DNA of 64,000 nucleotides from an uncultured Pelagibacteraceae bacterium (GTDB lineage Bacteria; Pseudomonadota; Alphaproteobacteria; Pelagibacterales; Pelagibacteraceae): assembly GCA_902629935.1 (NCBI GenBank), contig CACOSU010000005.1:3548-67547 (forward strand), given 5' to 3'. A model generated the notes under the pieces. It did not search any database. It was given only the letters and a program-made list of their open reading frames with translations, and had not been told where the DNA came from. The position numbers were made by a program, and so were the translations under genes. The first letter of the stretch is position 1. The number at the start of each line of letters is the position of its first letter. This document shows positions 1-10,571 of this stretch, one piece after another.

Positions 1-432
1 GAAAAAATCAATAAATCTAAAATAAGAGTTGGAAGAGGAATTGGTTCAGGTAAGGGAAAAACATCAGGTAGAGGTGTAAAAGGTCAAAAATCAAGATCTG
101 GAGTAGCCATAAAAAGTTTTGAAGGTGGTCAAATGCCTCTATACAGAAGACTACCAAAAAGAGGTTTTAATCCAATTTCAAAAGAAAGTGTTGCAATTTT
201 AAATCTTGATAAAATTCAATCTCACATAGACAAAAAAAATATTAATCCCAACGAAGTATTAAACTCAGAATTATTAAAAAAACTTAAATTAATAAATAAA
301 AATTCAAAAAAACTTAAAATTTTAGGATCTGGGGAAGTTAAAAATAAAATTAATATTGAAGCTGACTTAGCCTCTAAATCAGCAATAGAAAAACTAGAAA
401 AAATTGGTGGTTCTATACAATTAAAAAAATAG
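1..432 (+). CDS. rplO: 50S ribosomal protein L15 (5' end cut by window edge)
   Basis: Frame 1 is open from nt 1 and reads [34 protein letters not shown], the L15 Gly/basic signature. It sits directly upstream of secY as in spc operons. Confidence 0.93.
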   Translation, partial: EKINKSKIRVGRGIGSGKGKTSGRGVKGQKSRSGVAIKSFEGGQMPLYRRLPKRGFNPISKESVAILNLDKIQSHIDKKNINPNEVLNSELLKKLKLINKNSKKLKILGSGEVKNKINIEADLASKSAIEKLEKIGGSIQLKK

Positions 433-441
433 TTTGTTTAT

Positions 442-1722
442 ATGAGTGCATCATCATCAACAAATGATTTAAGAAATAGAATAATATTTACCGTTCTAAT
501 TTTAGCCGTATATAGATTTGGAACCTTCGTACCTTTGCCAGGTATAGATCCTGAACAATTGAAAGTAATGATGGAAGGTAATCAAAAAGGTTTACTTGGT
601 ATGTTTAATGTTTTTGCAGGAGGAGCAGTTAGTAGAATGGCTATATTTGCGTTAGGAATAATGCCTTATATTTCATCTGCAATTATAGTTCAACTTTTAA
701 CTGGTGTTTCTGACTATTTTAAAAACTTAAAAGCTCAAGGTGAAATTGGAAGAGCTAAAATTACACAAATTACCAGATACGGAACAGTTTTACTTGCAAC
801 TGTTCAAGGATATGGTTTATCAGTAGGATTAGAATCCTCTGCAGATTTAGTGATAAATCCAGGAACCTTTTTTAAAATTACTACTGTTACAACTATTGTT
901 GCAGGAACTATATTTTTAATGTGGTTAGGGGAACAGATTACCCAAAGAGGTATAGGTAATGGGATATCTTTAATAATTTTTGCAGGGATTGTTGCTGAAA
1001 TACCAAGAGCATTAGTCACTACTTTTGAATTAGGTAGAACAGGAGCTGTTTCAACTTTTATGATTTTGGCAATCTTTGTTTTATTAATCTTAACAATTCT
1101 ATTTGTAGTTTTTATGGAAAGGGCTTTGAGAAAGATTCTTATAAATTATCCTAAAAGACAAATGGGAAATAAAATGTACGGTGGTGAGTCATCTCACCTA
1201 CCTTTAAAAATTAACCAAGCTGGTGTAATACCTGCAATTTTTGCATCTGCACTTTTACTTTTGCCAGTAACATTTTCTAATTTTTCATTTTCTAATAATG
1301 AAACATTTTTAAACTTAAGTTCTTATTTTACACAAGGACAGCCTCTTTATATGTTGTTGTATGCATCAGGAATAATATTTTTTACTTTTTTTTATACCTC
1401 TATTACTTTTAATCCAACAGAAACTGCTGAAAATCTTAGAAAGCATGGAGGTTTTGTACCAGGAATTAGACCAGGAGAAAGTACGGCTATGTATATTGAA
1501 AATATTTCAATGAAATTAACTACTATAGGCGCACTTTATCTAACTTTAGTTTGTTTAATGCCAGAATTTTTGATTGCTAATTATCCAATACCTTTTTATT
1601 TAGGTGGTGCATCTATTCTAATTGTTGTAGTGGTAGCCATTGACACTGTAACTCAAATTCAAACAAGGCTAATGAGCTCTCAATACGAACAATTAATTAA
1701 AAAAACTAAATTTGGTAAGTAA
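442..1722 (+). CDS. secY: preprotein translocase subunit SecY
   Basis: 426 aa polytopic membrane protein with SecY motifs (GIMPYISSAIIVQLL, GEQITQRGIGNGISLIIF). Lies in the rplO-secY-adk context. Confidence 0.97.
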   Translation: MSASSSTNDLRNRIIFTVLILAVYRFGTFVPLPGIDPEQLKVMMEGNQKGLLGMFNVFAGGAVSRMAIFALGIMPYISSAIIVQLLTGVSDYFKNLKAQGEIGRAKITQITRYGTVLLATVQGYGLSVGLESSADLVINPGTFFKITTVTTIVAGTIFLMWLGEQITQRGIGNGISLIIFAGIVAEIPRALVTTFELGRTGAVSTFMILAIFVLLILTILFVVFMERALRKILINYPKRQMGNKMYGGESSHLPLKINQAGVIPAIFASALLLLPVTFSNFSFSNNETFLNLSSYFTQGQPLYMLLYASGIIFFTFFYTSITFNPTETAENLRKHGGFVPGIRPGESTAMYIENISMKLTTIGALYLTLVCLMPEFLIANYPIPFYLGGASILIVVVVAIDTVTQIQTRLMSSQYEQLIKKTKFGK

Positions 1723-2286
1723 GTGAATATAATTTTATTTGGACCACCTGGTGCTGGAAAGGGTACTCAGTCCAAATATTTAGTAAATAAGTTAAATGCT
1801 TTTCAGATTTCAACAGGTGACATTTTAAGAGATGAGATTAAAAAAAATTCAGATATTGGTAAAGCTATAACTAATGATATGAAAAATGGAAAATTTGTAA
1901 GCGATGATATTGTTAATAAACTTATAGAAAAATTAGTATTTGATCCTCGTAAAAAAAATAACTTTATCTTTGATGGATATCCACGATCGTTAAGTCAGGC
2001 TAAAAATTTAGAAGTTTTACTTAAAAATTCAAATCAAAACATAGATTTAATTTTATTTTTAAACGTAGATAAGGAGACAATTCTCAAAAGACTTGAGAAA
2101 AGAAAAATTATAGAAAAAAGATCTGATGACGAATCTGAGACTATAGTTAAAAGGTATGATACATATATGGAAACTACTAAACCAGTTTTAAACTATTACT
2201 CTGCAAATTCAAATTTTAAAGAGATTGATGGAAGTCTAGAAATAGACGAAATAACAGGGAAAATAGACACTTTTATAAATGTTTAA
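1723..2286 (+). CDS. adk: adenylate kinase (short-LID form), GTG start abutting the secY stop
   Basis: P-loop GPPGAGKGTQ at the N-terminus plus ISTGDILR and FDGYPR motifs. Conserved position after secY. Confidence 0.95.
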   Translation: MNIILFGPPGAGKGTQSKYLVNKLNAFQISTGDILRDEIKKNSDIGKAITNDMKNGKFVSDDIVNKLIEKLVFDPRKKNNFIFDGYPRSLSQAKNLEVLLKNSNQNIDLILFLNVDKETILKRLEKRKIIEKRSDDESETIVKRYDTYMETTKPVLNYYSANSNFKEIDGSLEIDEITGKIDTFINV

Positions 2287-2290
2287 GACG

Positions 2291-2318
2291 TTGACTTTGA
2301 CTAATCTTATTATATAAA
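2291..2318 (+). promoter_or_regulatory. candidate sigma70-type promoter for the rpsM-rpsK-rpoA-rplQ operon
   Basis: TTGACT (2291-2296), 16-nt spacer, TATAAA (2313-2318). Located in the 55-bp adk/rpsM spacer, 24 nt upstream of the rpsM ATG. Confidence 0.35.
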
Positions 2319-2341
2319 AGGCACAATTTATCACAAAAATT

Positions 2342-2725
2342 ATGGCTCGTATCGCAGGTATAAACATTCCACAGAATAAGCTTGTTCATATAGGTTTGAC
2401 TTATATTTATGGAATTGGTGATAAATTCTCTCAACAAATTTGTTCCTCTTTGGAAATTCCAAGAGCTAAAAGAGTAAATGAATTAACAGATGAAGAGATT
2501 TTAAAAATTAGAGAATACATCGATCAAAACTTTAAAGTCGAAGGTGATTTAAGAAGAGATTATTCATTAAGTATTAAAAGATTAATCGATTTAGCTTGTT
2601 ATAGAGGAACAAGACATAGAAAAAAATTACCTGTTAGAGGACAAAGGACAAGATGTAACGCAAGGACAAGAAAAGGTAAAGCAATTGCGATTGCAGGAAA
2701 AAAATTAACACCAACTAAAAAATAA
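2342..2725 (+). CDS. rpsM: 30S ribosomal protein S13
   Basis: [10 protein letters not shown]... start and a basic C-terminus typical of S13. Alpha-operon position. Confidence 0.97.
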   Translation: MARIAGINIPQNKLVHIGLTYIYGIGDKFSQQICSSLEIPRAKRVNELTDEEILKIREYIDQNFKVEGDLRRDYSLSIKRLIDLACYRGTRHRKKLPVRGQRTRCNARTRKGKAIAIAGKKLTPTKK

Positions 2726-2727
2726 AA

Positions 2728-3177
2728 ATGGCTAAAGCTGATAAAGTTGAAAATAAAGATCAGAAGGTTGAAAAGTCTTCAAAGAAAAGTGTAAAAAGTT
2801 CTTACTCAAAAAAGAAAAAAGTTAAGAAGAATATTTTAAATGGAATTGCTTACGTGCAATCAACATTTAATAATACCATCATTTCTATAGCTGATACAAA
2901 TGGAAATGTAATATCATGGGCATCTTCTGGACAAAAAGGTTTTAAAGGATCAAGAAAGTCTACTCCTTACGCTGCACAGATAGCAGCAGACTCTGCAGCC
3001 TCAAAGGCATTAGAGTACGGAATGAAAACTTTATCTGTTGAAGTAAAAGGACCTGGATCAGGAAGAGAAACAGCTTTAAGAGCATTACAAGCTAGAGGAT
3101 TTAAGATTTTGTCAATTAAAGACACTACACCTATGCCTCACAATGGAACTAGACCACCAAAAAAAAGGAGAGTTTAA
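2728..3177 (+). CDS. rpsK: 30S ribosomal protein S11 with a ~20 aa Lys-rich N-terminal extension
   Basis: Core [22 protein letters not shown] and a C-terminal [18 protein letters not shown] match S11. The N-terminus [23 protein letters not shown] is extra. Confidence 0.96.
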   Translation: MAKADKVENKDQKVEKSSKKSVKSSYSKKKKVKKNILNGIAYVQSTFNNTIISIADTNGNVISWASSGQKGFKGSRKSTPYAAQIAADSAASKALEYGMKTLSVEVKGPGSGRETALRALQARGFKILSIKDTTPMPHNGTRPPKKRRV

Positions 3178-4205
3178 TGGAAGTCGAAAACGTTAATGTA
3201 AAAAACTGGAAGTCATTAATAAAGCCGTCAAAATTAGATGTTCAAATAAGCGATGACTTAACAAAAGCTAAGATTGTAGCAGAGCCACTGGAAAAAGGCT
3301 ATGGATTAACTTTAGGTAACTCATTAAGAAGAATTTTATTATCATCAATAAGAGGTGCTGCTGTAACCTCTATTCAAATTGATGGTGTTTTACACGAATT
3401 CACTTCTATTAAAGGTGTTAGAGAGGACGTTACTGATATTGTTTTAAATGTAAAATCTTTAGCATTAAAAAGTAACTCAGAGGGTACAAAAAAATTGATT
3501 TTAGATGCTAAAGGACCAGGAGAAATCAAAGCTTCTGACATATCTTCGATCGCAGATGTTGAGATTTTAAATCCTGATTTAATTATTTGTAATTTAGATG
3601 AAAATACTTCTTTTCATATGGAAATGAATGTTAATACAGGTAAAGGTTATGTTCCTGCTGAATTGAATAAACCTGAAGAGCCACCATTAGGTCTAATAGC
3701 AATAGACTCACTTTATAGTCCAGTTAAAAAAGTTTCATATTCAGTTAGTACAGCTAGAGAAGGTAAGGCATTAGATTATGATAAACTAATTATGGAAGTT
3801 GAAACAAATGGATCGATTTCCGCAGAAGATGCCGTAGCGTATTCAGCTAGAATTTTTCAAGATCAACTAAAAATGTTTATAAATTTTGATGAACCTGTTG
3901 AAGCACCTGTAAAAGAAGTTTCTACTGAACCAGAGTTTAACAAGAATTTATTAAGAAAAGTAGATGAGTTAGAGTTATCTGTGAGATCAATGAACTGTTT
4001 AAAAAATGACAATATTATTTATATTGGTGACTTGGTTCAAAAATCTGAAGGTGAAATGCTTAGAACGCCTAATTTTGGAAGAAAATCGCTTAATGAAATT
4101 AAAGAAGTTTTAACTGGAATGTCTTTGTATTTAGGTATGGAAATTCCTAACTGGCCACCAGATAATATTGCAGAAATGTCTAAAAAGCTGGAGGAAGCAA
4201 TTTAA
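3177..4205 (+). CDS. rpoA: DNA-directed RNA polymerase subunit alpha
   Basis: 342 aa with [23 protein letters not shown]-terminal domain motifs and a C-terminal domain ([12 protein letters not shown]...IGDL). Confidence 0.97.
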   Translation: MEVENVNVKNWKSLIKPSKLDVQISDDLTKAKIVAEPLEKGYGLTLGNSLRRILLSSIRGAAVTSIQIDGVLHEFTSIKGVREDVTDIVLNVKSLALKSNSEGTKKLILDAKGPGEIKASDISSIADVEILNPDLIICNLDENTSFHMEMNVNTGKGYVPAELNKPEEPPLGLIAIDSLYSPVKKVSYSVSTAREGKALDYDKLIMEVETNGSISAEDAVAYSARIFQDQLKMFINFDEPVEAPVKEVSTEPEFNKNLLRKVDELELSVRSMNCLKNDNIIYIGDLVQKSEGEMLRTPNFGRKSLNEIKEVLTGMSLYLGMEIPNWPPDNIAEMSKKLEEAI

Positions 4206-4648
4206 TGAGACATGGCTTAGCAAATAAAAAGTTAAATAGAACCTCAGAGCATAGAAAAGCTCTTCTAAAGAATATGCTTAATTCTTTAATAAAGTATGAA
4301 CAGATTAAGACGACATTACCAAAAGCTAAATTTCTAAAGCCACAAGCAGATAAGATTATAACATTAGGAAAAAAAGAAACTTTACAGACAACAAAATTAT
4401 TAGTTTCTAAACTTCAAGATATTAAATCTGCTAATAAAGTTAAGAAAACTCTTTCAAAAAGATATGTAAATAGAAAAGGTGGTTATACCAGAATAATCAA
4501 GGCAGGATTTAGATATGGTGACAACGCACCAATGGCAATAATTGAATTTGTTGACAGAGACGTAGAAGCAAAAAGAATTAATAAAAACAAAAAAGATACA
4601 TCTAAAGAATCACCTAAAACAGAAGAAAAAAAACAAGTTACAGCTTAA
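4205..4648 (+). CDS. rplQ: 50S ribosomal protein L17 with a Lys/Glu-rich C-terminal tail
   Basis: [24 protein letters not shown] start is the L17 signature. Follows rpoA. Confidence 0.96.
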   Translation: MRHGLANKKLNRTSEHRKALLKNMLNSLIKYEQIKTTLPKAKFLKPQADKIITLGKKETLQTTKLLVSKLQDIKSANKVKKTLSKRYVNRKGGYTRIIKAGFRYGDNAPMAIIEFVDRDVEAKRINKNKKDTSKESPKTEEKKQVTA

Positions 4649-4658
4649 ATTTTAAATC

Positions 4659-5576
4659 ATGAAAAAATCTTACATCGTTGATACAACGTGTAATGATATG
4701 CGACTAGATAGATGGTTAAGATTAAAAATTGGAAAAATTCCACAGGGTTTAGTTGAGAAATATTTAAGAATAGGAAAAATAAAGCTAAATAAAAAAAAAG
4801 TTAAAAGCTCTTATAAGGTAAAAACAAAAGATGAGATAAATATATTTAATATAACCTTTAAAGATTCAATTCAGCAAAGAAAAATAAAGTTTTTACCATC
4901 AAAAGAAATTATTAAATCAAATGAAGATCAAATTATTGATAACAATGATAATTTTATAGTTTTAAATAAAGCTTCAGGCATATCAGTCCAAGGTGGAACA
5001 AAATCAAAAAAAAATCTTGTAGATATTTTTGCCAAAAGTGAAATATTTGAGGGAACAAAACCTTATTCCGTTCATAGACTAGATAAAGATACTTCAGGAG
5101 TTTTTATAATAGCTAAAAATAGAGAAAGTGCTCAGCTATTAACCTCTTTATTTAGACTAAGAAAGGTTCACAAAACTTATCTAGCGATATGCAAAGGAGA
5201 GATTGGTAAAAATTCAGGCGTATGGGATGATGATTTAATCAGATATGATGGTGATAAAAAAATTATAGAAAAAGCAAAAACAATTTTTAAAGTTATTGCT
5301 AAAAATTCTGAAGCAAGTTTACTAGAATTAAAACCTATTACTGGAAGAAAACATCAGCTAAGAAAACAATTATACGCAATAGGAAATCCTATATTTGGAG
5401 ATACAAAATATAAATTATCAAATTCTAATACAGGGATAAATAAAAATTTAATGTTACATTCATATCAAATAAAATTTAAAATAAATGACGTTAAATACAC
5501 TTATTCAGCATTATTACCTGATTATTTTAAAAAACTTTTAAAATCTAAAAGACTCAGATTTTCAAATTTGAAATAA
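4659..5576 (+). CDS. RluA-family 23S rRNA pseudouridine synthase (RluC/RluD-like) with an N-terminal S4 domain
   Basis: Catalytic [10 protein letters not shown] motif, KHQLR motif and an S4-like RLDRWL N-terminus. Confidence 0.85.
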   Translation: MKKSYIVDTTCNDMRLDRWLRLKIGKIPQGLVEKYLRIGKIKLNKKKVKSSYKVKTKDEINIFNITFKDSIQQRKIKFLPSKEIIKSNEDQIIDNNDNFIVLNKASGISVQGGTKSKKNLVDIFAKSEIFEGTKPYSVHRLDKDTSGVFIIAKNRESAQLLTSLFRLRKVHKTYLAICKGEIGKNSGVWDDDLIRYDGDKKIIEKAKTIFKVIAKNSEASLLELKPITGRKHQLRKQLYAIGNPIFGDTKYKLSNSNTGINKNLMLHSYQIKFKINDVKYTYSALLPDYFKKLLKSKRLRFSNLK

Positions 5577-6171
5577 AATTTTTAATTAATTTATCACTTA
5601 GATCTAAATAATTTTGATCTTTGATGCTTTTTAAATTAGTTACTCCTTTATCTGAAATACCACAAGGTATAATTTTTTTATAATTTTCTAAGTCATTATT
5701 TATATTTATTGCAAAACCATGATACGCAATCCATTTTCTAACCCTGATACCTATTGCAGCAATTTTTTTAGTCTCATTATTTGATTTGTGCCATATGCCA
5801 ATATTATCTTTATCTGGAAAAGTTTCTATTTTGTAATATTTTAAAGTTTGAATTATCGTATCTTCAATAATTGTTATAAATTTTCTAATGTCCTTTTTTT
5901 TTCTTAAATCTAAAACAAAATAACAAATTAATTGACCGGGCCCATGGTATGTAATTTTGCCCCCTCTATTTGTTTCTAATATTTTGATAGATTTATCAAT
6001 TATCTCATTTTCTTTATAGGATGTTCCTGCCGTAAAAACTTCATTATGCTCCAAAGTCCAAATTAATTCTTGTTCATTATTTTCAAGCAAATCCTTTAAT
6101 CTTGATTCTAGTATATTAATAGCTTCAAAATAATTTATTGGTTTTATTGACTTTTTGATCTCTATGTTCAT
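5554..6171 (-). CDS. lipB: octanoyltransferase (lipoyl(octanoyl) transferase)
   Basis: [16 protein letters not shown] and KIAAIGIRV...HGFAINI motifs typical of LipB. Confidence 0.9.
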   Translation of the reverse strand: MNIEIKKSIKPINYFEAINILESRLKDLLENNEQELIWTLEHNEVFTAGTSYKENEIIDKSIKILETNRGGKITYHGPGQLICYFVLDLRKKKDIRKFITIIEDTIIQTLKYYKIETFPDKDNIGIWHKSNNETKKIAAIGIRVRKWIAYHGFAININNDLENYKKIIPCGISDKGVTNLKSIKDQNYLDLSDKLIKNFISNLKI

Positions 6172-6232
6172 TTATAATTTGTATTATCTTTATTATGTAT
6201 TAATAGTGCAAATCTAAATTATAGGTAGATTT

Positions 6233-7606
6233 ATGTCTTTAACTAAAAAAACTAAAGATAAAAAAGTAAATTTTGAATTTAATAAAGAATATATAAGAGT
6301 TGTAACTAGCAAAATAGCTAACAATGACGCTCAATTTATTACCAATTCTTTCAATGAAATGCACCCTGCTGATGCTGCAGATATTATCGAACACCTTAGT
6401 GAGGGAGATAGAGAAAGTTTAATTAAATTAAACAATTTTAATATTGATCCAGAGGTTTTTGTTGAATTAAATGAATCTATCCAATCAGAAATTATTACCT
6501 ATTTATCCTCAGAGTCTATAGTTAGTATCCTAAAGGGTCTTGAGTCAGACGACGCTATTTCTATCTTAGAAAATGTACCTGAAGCAGATAAAAATTCAAT
6601 TCTCAGTTCTCTACCACCTAAAGATCGTTTTGCTTTACTGGAAAGTTTAAGTTATCCAGAAGATACTGCTGCTAGACTTATGCAGCGTGAGTTTACTGCT
6701 ATACCAAGTAATTGGTCTGTAGGTCAAACAATTGACTATTTAAGAGAAAATAAAGATTTACCTGAGGAGTTTTTAGAAATATTTATTGTAAATGAGGATT
6801 TTAAACCAATAGGAACTGTTCCATCATCTAGAGTTTTAACAACACCACGTGATACTAAAATGGCAACAATAATGTCAGAGTCTCAATTATTAATCCCTGT
6901 TGAAATGGACAAAGAGGAAGTTGCCAATTTATTTGAAAATTACAATTTAAATTCAGCCGCTGTTGTAGACAAAAATAATAAATTAGTTGGCATGATTATG
7001 AATGATGATGTCCTAACAGTCTTAAAAGAAGAGGCAGAAGAAGATGCTTTAAGATTAGCAGGAGTAGGAGATGAAGAAATTACAGATGGAATTGTAAAAA
7101 AAACAAAGAGAAGATTTAATTGGCTTTTACTAAATTTGTTTACAGCTTTTTTAGCAACATGGTGTATTAGTTTGTTTGGAGCAACAATTGAACAGATGGT
7201 TGTTCTTGCATTCTTAATGCCAATTGTAGCTTCAATGGGTGGAAATGCTGGAATGCAAACCTTGGCTGTAACAGTTAGAACAATTGCAACAAACGACTTA
7301 ACACAAAATAATTTCTCATCAAATGTATTTAAAGAATTCTCTATTGGTATTTTAAATGGAATTATTTTTGCGGCAATAAGTGCTTTTATTGTTCAAATGT
7401 GGTTTCAAGACAGCATCCTTTCAATGATTATAGCAATATCAATGGTTCTAACAATGATCATCGCTGGATTATTTGGTATATTAGTTCCTTTTACTTTAAA
7501 AAAGATGAATATTGATCCAGCAATTGCATCAAGTGTTTTCGTAACAACAATAACCGACGTTATTGGCTTTGTTTCTTTCTTAGGGGTTGGAGCTTACTTT
7601 CTGTAA
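6233..7606 (+). CDS. mgtE: magnesium transporter MgtE
   Basis: N-terminal MgtE domain, CBS pair and a C-terminal 5-TM domain (ASMGGNAGMQT, ITDVIGF). Confidence 0.92.
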   Translation: MSLTKKTKDKKVNFEFNKEYIRVVTSKIANNDAQFITNSFNEMHPADAADIIEHLSEGDRESLIKLNNFNIDPEVFVELNESIQSEIITYLSSESIVSILKGLESDDAISILENVPEADKNSILSSLPPKDRFALLESLSYPEDTAARLMQREFTAIPSNWSVGQTIDYLRENKDLPEEFLEIFIVNEDFKPIGTVPSSRVLTTPRDTKMATIMSESQLLIPVEMDKEEVANLFENYNLNSAAVVDKNNKLVGMIMNDDVLTVLKEEAEEDALRLAGVGDEEITDGIVKKTKRRFNWLLLNLFTAFLATWCISLFGATIEQMVVLAFLMPIVASMGGNAGMQTLAVTVRTIATNDLTQNNFSSNVFKEFSIGILNGIIFAAISAFIVQMWFQDSILSMIIAISMVLTMIIAGLFGILVPFTLKKMNIDPAIASSVFVTTITDVIGFVSFLGVGAYFL

Positions 7607-7608
7607 AA

Positions 7609-8424
7609 TTAGAGATTATCAATCAATCTAACATTATTTAAATAGTAGGCAACAAACAATCTTGAATTATTTATTGTTTTTGAGATTTCTAGGTTTTTTT
7701 TATTTCTTAACTCCAAGTAATCAATTTTAATTTTATATTTATTTTTTAATTCTTTTTTTTTAATCTCTAAAAAATTTGCAATATTTTTATGGTTTTTAAT
7801 ATTCTTTTTAATATTCTCTAATTTCTTATATATAATTCCTGCTATAACTAAATTTGACTTTTTTAAAAGAAAGTTTCTTGATGATAGTGCTACTTTATTC
7901 TTATCACGAATTGTTTTACAAGAAATAACCTTAGTTTTATATTTTTTTTCCAATAGTTTTTTAACCAAATATAATTGTTGAAAATCTTTTTCTCCCATAA
8001 ATATTTTCTGAGGGTTTACAATTCCAGTTAGTTTATCCATTACATCCAAAACTCCCTCGAAATGACCTTTTCTAAATTTAGCACACAAAATTTTATCTTT
8101 TTTAAGTAGTTTAATTTTAGATTTTTTTTTATCTTTATATATGTCGTTAAATTTTGGGAGATAAACAAAATCAACTTTTTTGTTTTTTTTTAAAATGTTT
8201 AAATCTTTTTGTATGTTTTTTGGATAGGTCATCAAATCTTTTTTATCATTAAATTGTTTTGGATTAATAAAAATACTTACAATTGTTTTTTTACAAATTT
8301 TATTTGATTTATTTATAAGTGATAAATGACCCTTGTGTATTCCACCCATAGTAGGAACAAAACCAAGGTCATTAAATGGCCTTAATGATTCAAATAATGA
8401 GGAATTGTTTAATAAAATTTTCAT
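7609..8424 (-). CDS. panC: pantoate--beta-alanine ligase
   Basis: VPTMGGIHKGHLSLI (HxGH nucleotidyltransferase motif). Start placed at the MKILLNN Met (8424), which gives a typical N-terminal length. The ORF is open to an ATG at 8454. Confidence 0.88.
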   Translation of the reverse strand: MKILLNNSSLFESLRPFNDLGFVPTMGGIHKGHLSLINKSNKICKKTIVSIFINPKQFNDKKDLMTYPKNIQKDLNILKKNKKVDFVYLPKFNDIYKDKKKSKIKLLKKDKILCAKFRKGHFEGVLDVMDKLTGIVNPQKIFMGEKDFQQLYLVKKLLEKKYKTKVISCKTIRDKNKVALSSRNFLLKKSNLVIAGIIYKKLENIKKNIKNHKNIANFLEIKKKELKNKYKIKIDYLELRNKKNLEISKTINNSRLFVAYYLNNVRLIDNL

Positions 8425-8458
8425 TTGTATTAAAATATTTAATAAGTAAAACATTTAA

Positions 8459-9274
8459 ATGATTAAACAAGCAATTATTCCTTTGGCTGGTTTAGGCACT
8501 AGGTTGCTGCCTTTAACTAGTGTTTTTGCTAAAGAGCTCCTACCTATAAATGGTAAGCCTGGAATAGAGTTTATCCTTGATGAATGTATTGATGCCGGAA
8601 TTAAAGAAATAGTATTTATAATATCTACTAAGAAAAAAATGATTAAAAAATACTTTTACAGTGATAATTTTTATAAAAATATTATTAAAAAAAAGAAGGA
8701 TCAAAGAATAATTGATGAGTATAAAAAAATACTTAGATATAAAAAAAAAATAAAATTTGTATATCAAAATATTCCTAAGGGCACTGGTGATGCTGTGCTT
8801 AAAACACAAAAATATATTAAAAATAAATATTTTTTAATGTTACTTCCTGATGATTTAATAATTAAAAAAAATTGTTCAAAAGCGATGATAAGAGTTCATA
8901 AAAAATACAGTGCTTCAGTTATGGCTTCTATGAGGGTGAATAAAGGAACTGTTTCAAGATGGGGTATTTATAAATTGAATAAAAAATTAAATAAAACAGA
9001 TTATGTAATTGATGGTGTTGTAGAAAAACCATCTGTTAAAAATGCACCATCAAATAATGCTGTTATAGGCAGATACATACTACCAAAAACAATTTTTAAG
9101 AAAATTAAATCATTAAAACCGAGTAAAGGAAATGAAATCCATATAACAGATGCTATTCAAGAATTAATTAATGATAAAGAGAAATTTGTAGCACATAATT
9201 TTGAAGGTAAATATCTTGATTGTGGAACAATGAAAGGTTACATCAATTCTTCAAAAGAAATAGGTAAATTATGA
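8459..9274 (+). CDS. galU: UTP--glucose-1-phosphate uridylyltransferase
   Basis: IIPLAGLGTRLLPLTSVFAKELLPI N-terminal signature of GalU-type nucleotidyltransferases. Confidence 0.88.
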   Translation: MIKQAIIPLAGLGTRLLPLTSVFAKELLPINGKPGIEFILDECIDAGIKEIVFIISTKKKMIKKYFYSDNFYKNIIKKKKDQRIIDEYKKILRYKKKIKFVYQNIPKGTGDAVLKTQKYIKNKYFLMLLPDDLIIKKNCSKAMIRVHKKYSASVMASMRVNKGTVSRWGIYKLNKKLNKTDYVIDGVVEKPSVKNAPSNNAVIGRYILPKTIFKKIKSLKPSKGNEIHITDAIQELINDKEKFVAHNFEGKYLDCGTMKGYINSSKEIGKL

Positions 9275-10569
9275 AATTATGTATGATTGGTACTGGTTAT
9301 GTTGGTTTGGTGAGTGGTGTTTGTTTTGCTGACTTAGGTAATGATGTTATATGTGTGGATAAAGATAATAATAAAATCAATAATTTGAAAAAAGGTATCA
9401 TACCTATTTATGAGCCTGGTTTAGAGGAATTAGTTTTAAAAAATTATAAAAATAAAAGACTAAATTTTTCAACAAACTTAAAAGAATCTATAAGAAAATC
9501 CGACATTGTTTTTGTTTGTGTAGGAACTCCTACGAAAAGGAATAGTAATAGTGCAGATCTTAGCCAGGTTTATTCTGTAGCAAAAGAAATTTCTAAATCT
9601 GTAAATAAATTTAAAATTATAATCAATAAATCTACTGTTCCTGTAACAACAGGAGATGAAGTAGAGAAGATTATTTCTAAAAAAGTAAGTAGAAAGTATT
9701 TCTCAGTGGTTTCAAATCCTGAATTTTTAAGGGAAGGAGAGGCAATACGTGATTTTATTTATCCTGATAGAGTTGTTATTGGTTGTAATGATGAAAAATC
9801 AAAAAAAATATTAAAAAACCTATATTCACCATTAATATCCAAAGGTGCGAAGTTCGTATCTACAAATAGAAGGGCTGCAGAATTAATTAAATATGCATCA
9901 AATGCTTTTCTGGCAACAAAAATTACATTTATTAATGAAATAGCAAATTTATGTGAAAAAACTGGGATTAACGTTGAGGATATTTCTATAGGCATAGGTC
10001 TTGATAAAAGAATTGGAAGTAGATTTTTAAGAGCAGGACCAGCTTATGGCGGATCTTGTTTTCCAAAAGATACTAAAGCAATTGTTTCTACAGCAGATAA
10101 ATTTAAAACTAATTTATCTGTAATAAAAAGTGTAATTAAATCCAATGAAATTAGATCAGATATATTACAAAAAAGAGTAAATTTAATGTTGAAAAATAAA
10201 GTTAAGAATAAAAAAATATCTTTTTTAGGAGTAACATTTAAAGCCAACACAGATGATATGAGAGATTCTTCAAGCTTAAAATTAATTCCTTATTTATCAA
10301 GAAAAGGTGCTCAAATTAAATACTATGATCCAACTGGCTTTAAAAAAGAATTTAGTAAGTTAAAAAATGTTGAATTCTCAAAATCTATACAAAATTCTAT
10401 TAAAGGATCTGATTTAATTATAATTCATACTGAATGGAATGATTTCAAATCAATTAATTTTAGAAAATTTTCTAAAAATAAAAATCTCATTATTTATGAT
10501 ATGAGAAATATTTTTTCTCCTGATAAGATTAACAAGATGGGTTTTAAATACTTTGGAATTGGAAGATAG
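9271..10569 (+). CDS. ugd: UDP-glucose 6-dehydrogenase
   Basis: GTGYVGLVSG Rossmann start, NPEFLREGEA and GGSCFPKD catalytic-Cys motif. 4-nt overlap with galU. Confidence 0.92.
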   Translation: MKLCMIGTGYVGLVSGVCFADLGNDVICVDKDNNKINNLKKGIIPIYEPGLEELVLKNYKNKRLNFSTNLKESIRKSDIVFVCVGTPTKRNSNSADLSQVYSVAKEISKSVNKFKIIINKSTVPVTTGDEVEKIISKKVSRKYFSVVSNPEFLREGEAIRDFIYPDRVVIGCNDEKSKKILKNLYSPLISKGAKFVSTNRRAAELIKYASNAFLATKITFINEIANLCEKTGINVEDISIGIGLDKRIGSRFLRAGPAYGGSCFPKDTKAIVSTADKFKTNLSVIKSVIKSNEIRSDILQKRVNLMLKNKVKNKKISFLGVTFKANTDDMRDSSSLKLIPYLSRKGAQIKYYDPTGFKKEFSKLKNVEFSKSIQNSIKGSDLIIIHTEWNDFKSINFRKFSKNKNLIIYDMRNIFSPDKINKMGFKYFGIGR

Positions 10570-10571
10570 TA

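Noticed and set aside
804-1019. Antisense ORFs of 60-113 aa nested inside conserved genes. Examples are 804-1019 in secY, 8540-8809 in galU, 11960-12220, 13046-13231 and 13466-13693 in topA, 25427-26954 in soxA, 19398-20327 in gatB and 50478-50977 in plsX.
   Set aside because: Each lies wholly within, and opposite to, a gene with strong family motifs. Their translations are Phe/Leu/Ile/Ser-rich low-complexity mirrors of Lys/Asn/Glu-rich coding sequence, with no recognisable motifs.
6172-6232. Possible Mg2+ (M-box) riboswitch upstream of mgtE. I also looked for an FMN riboswitch upstream of ribD and a glycine riboswitch near sox/glyA.
   Set aside because: The mgtE leader is at most 61 nt, far shorter than an M-box. 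ribD overlaps nrdR and glyA follows rpiB after 2 nt, so no leader exists. No conserved riboswitch cores were recognised.
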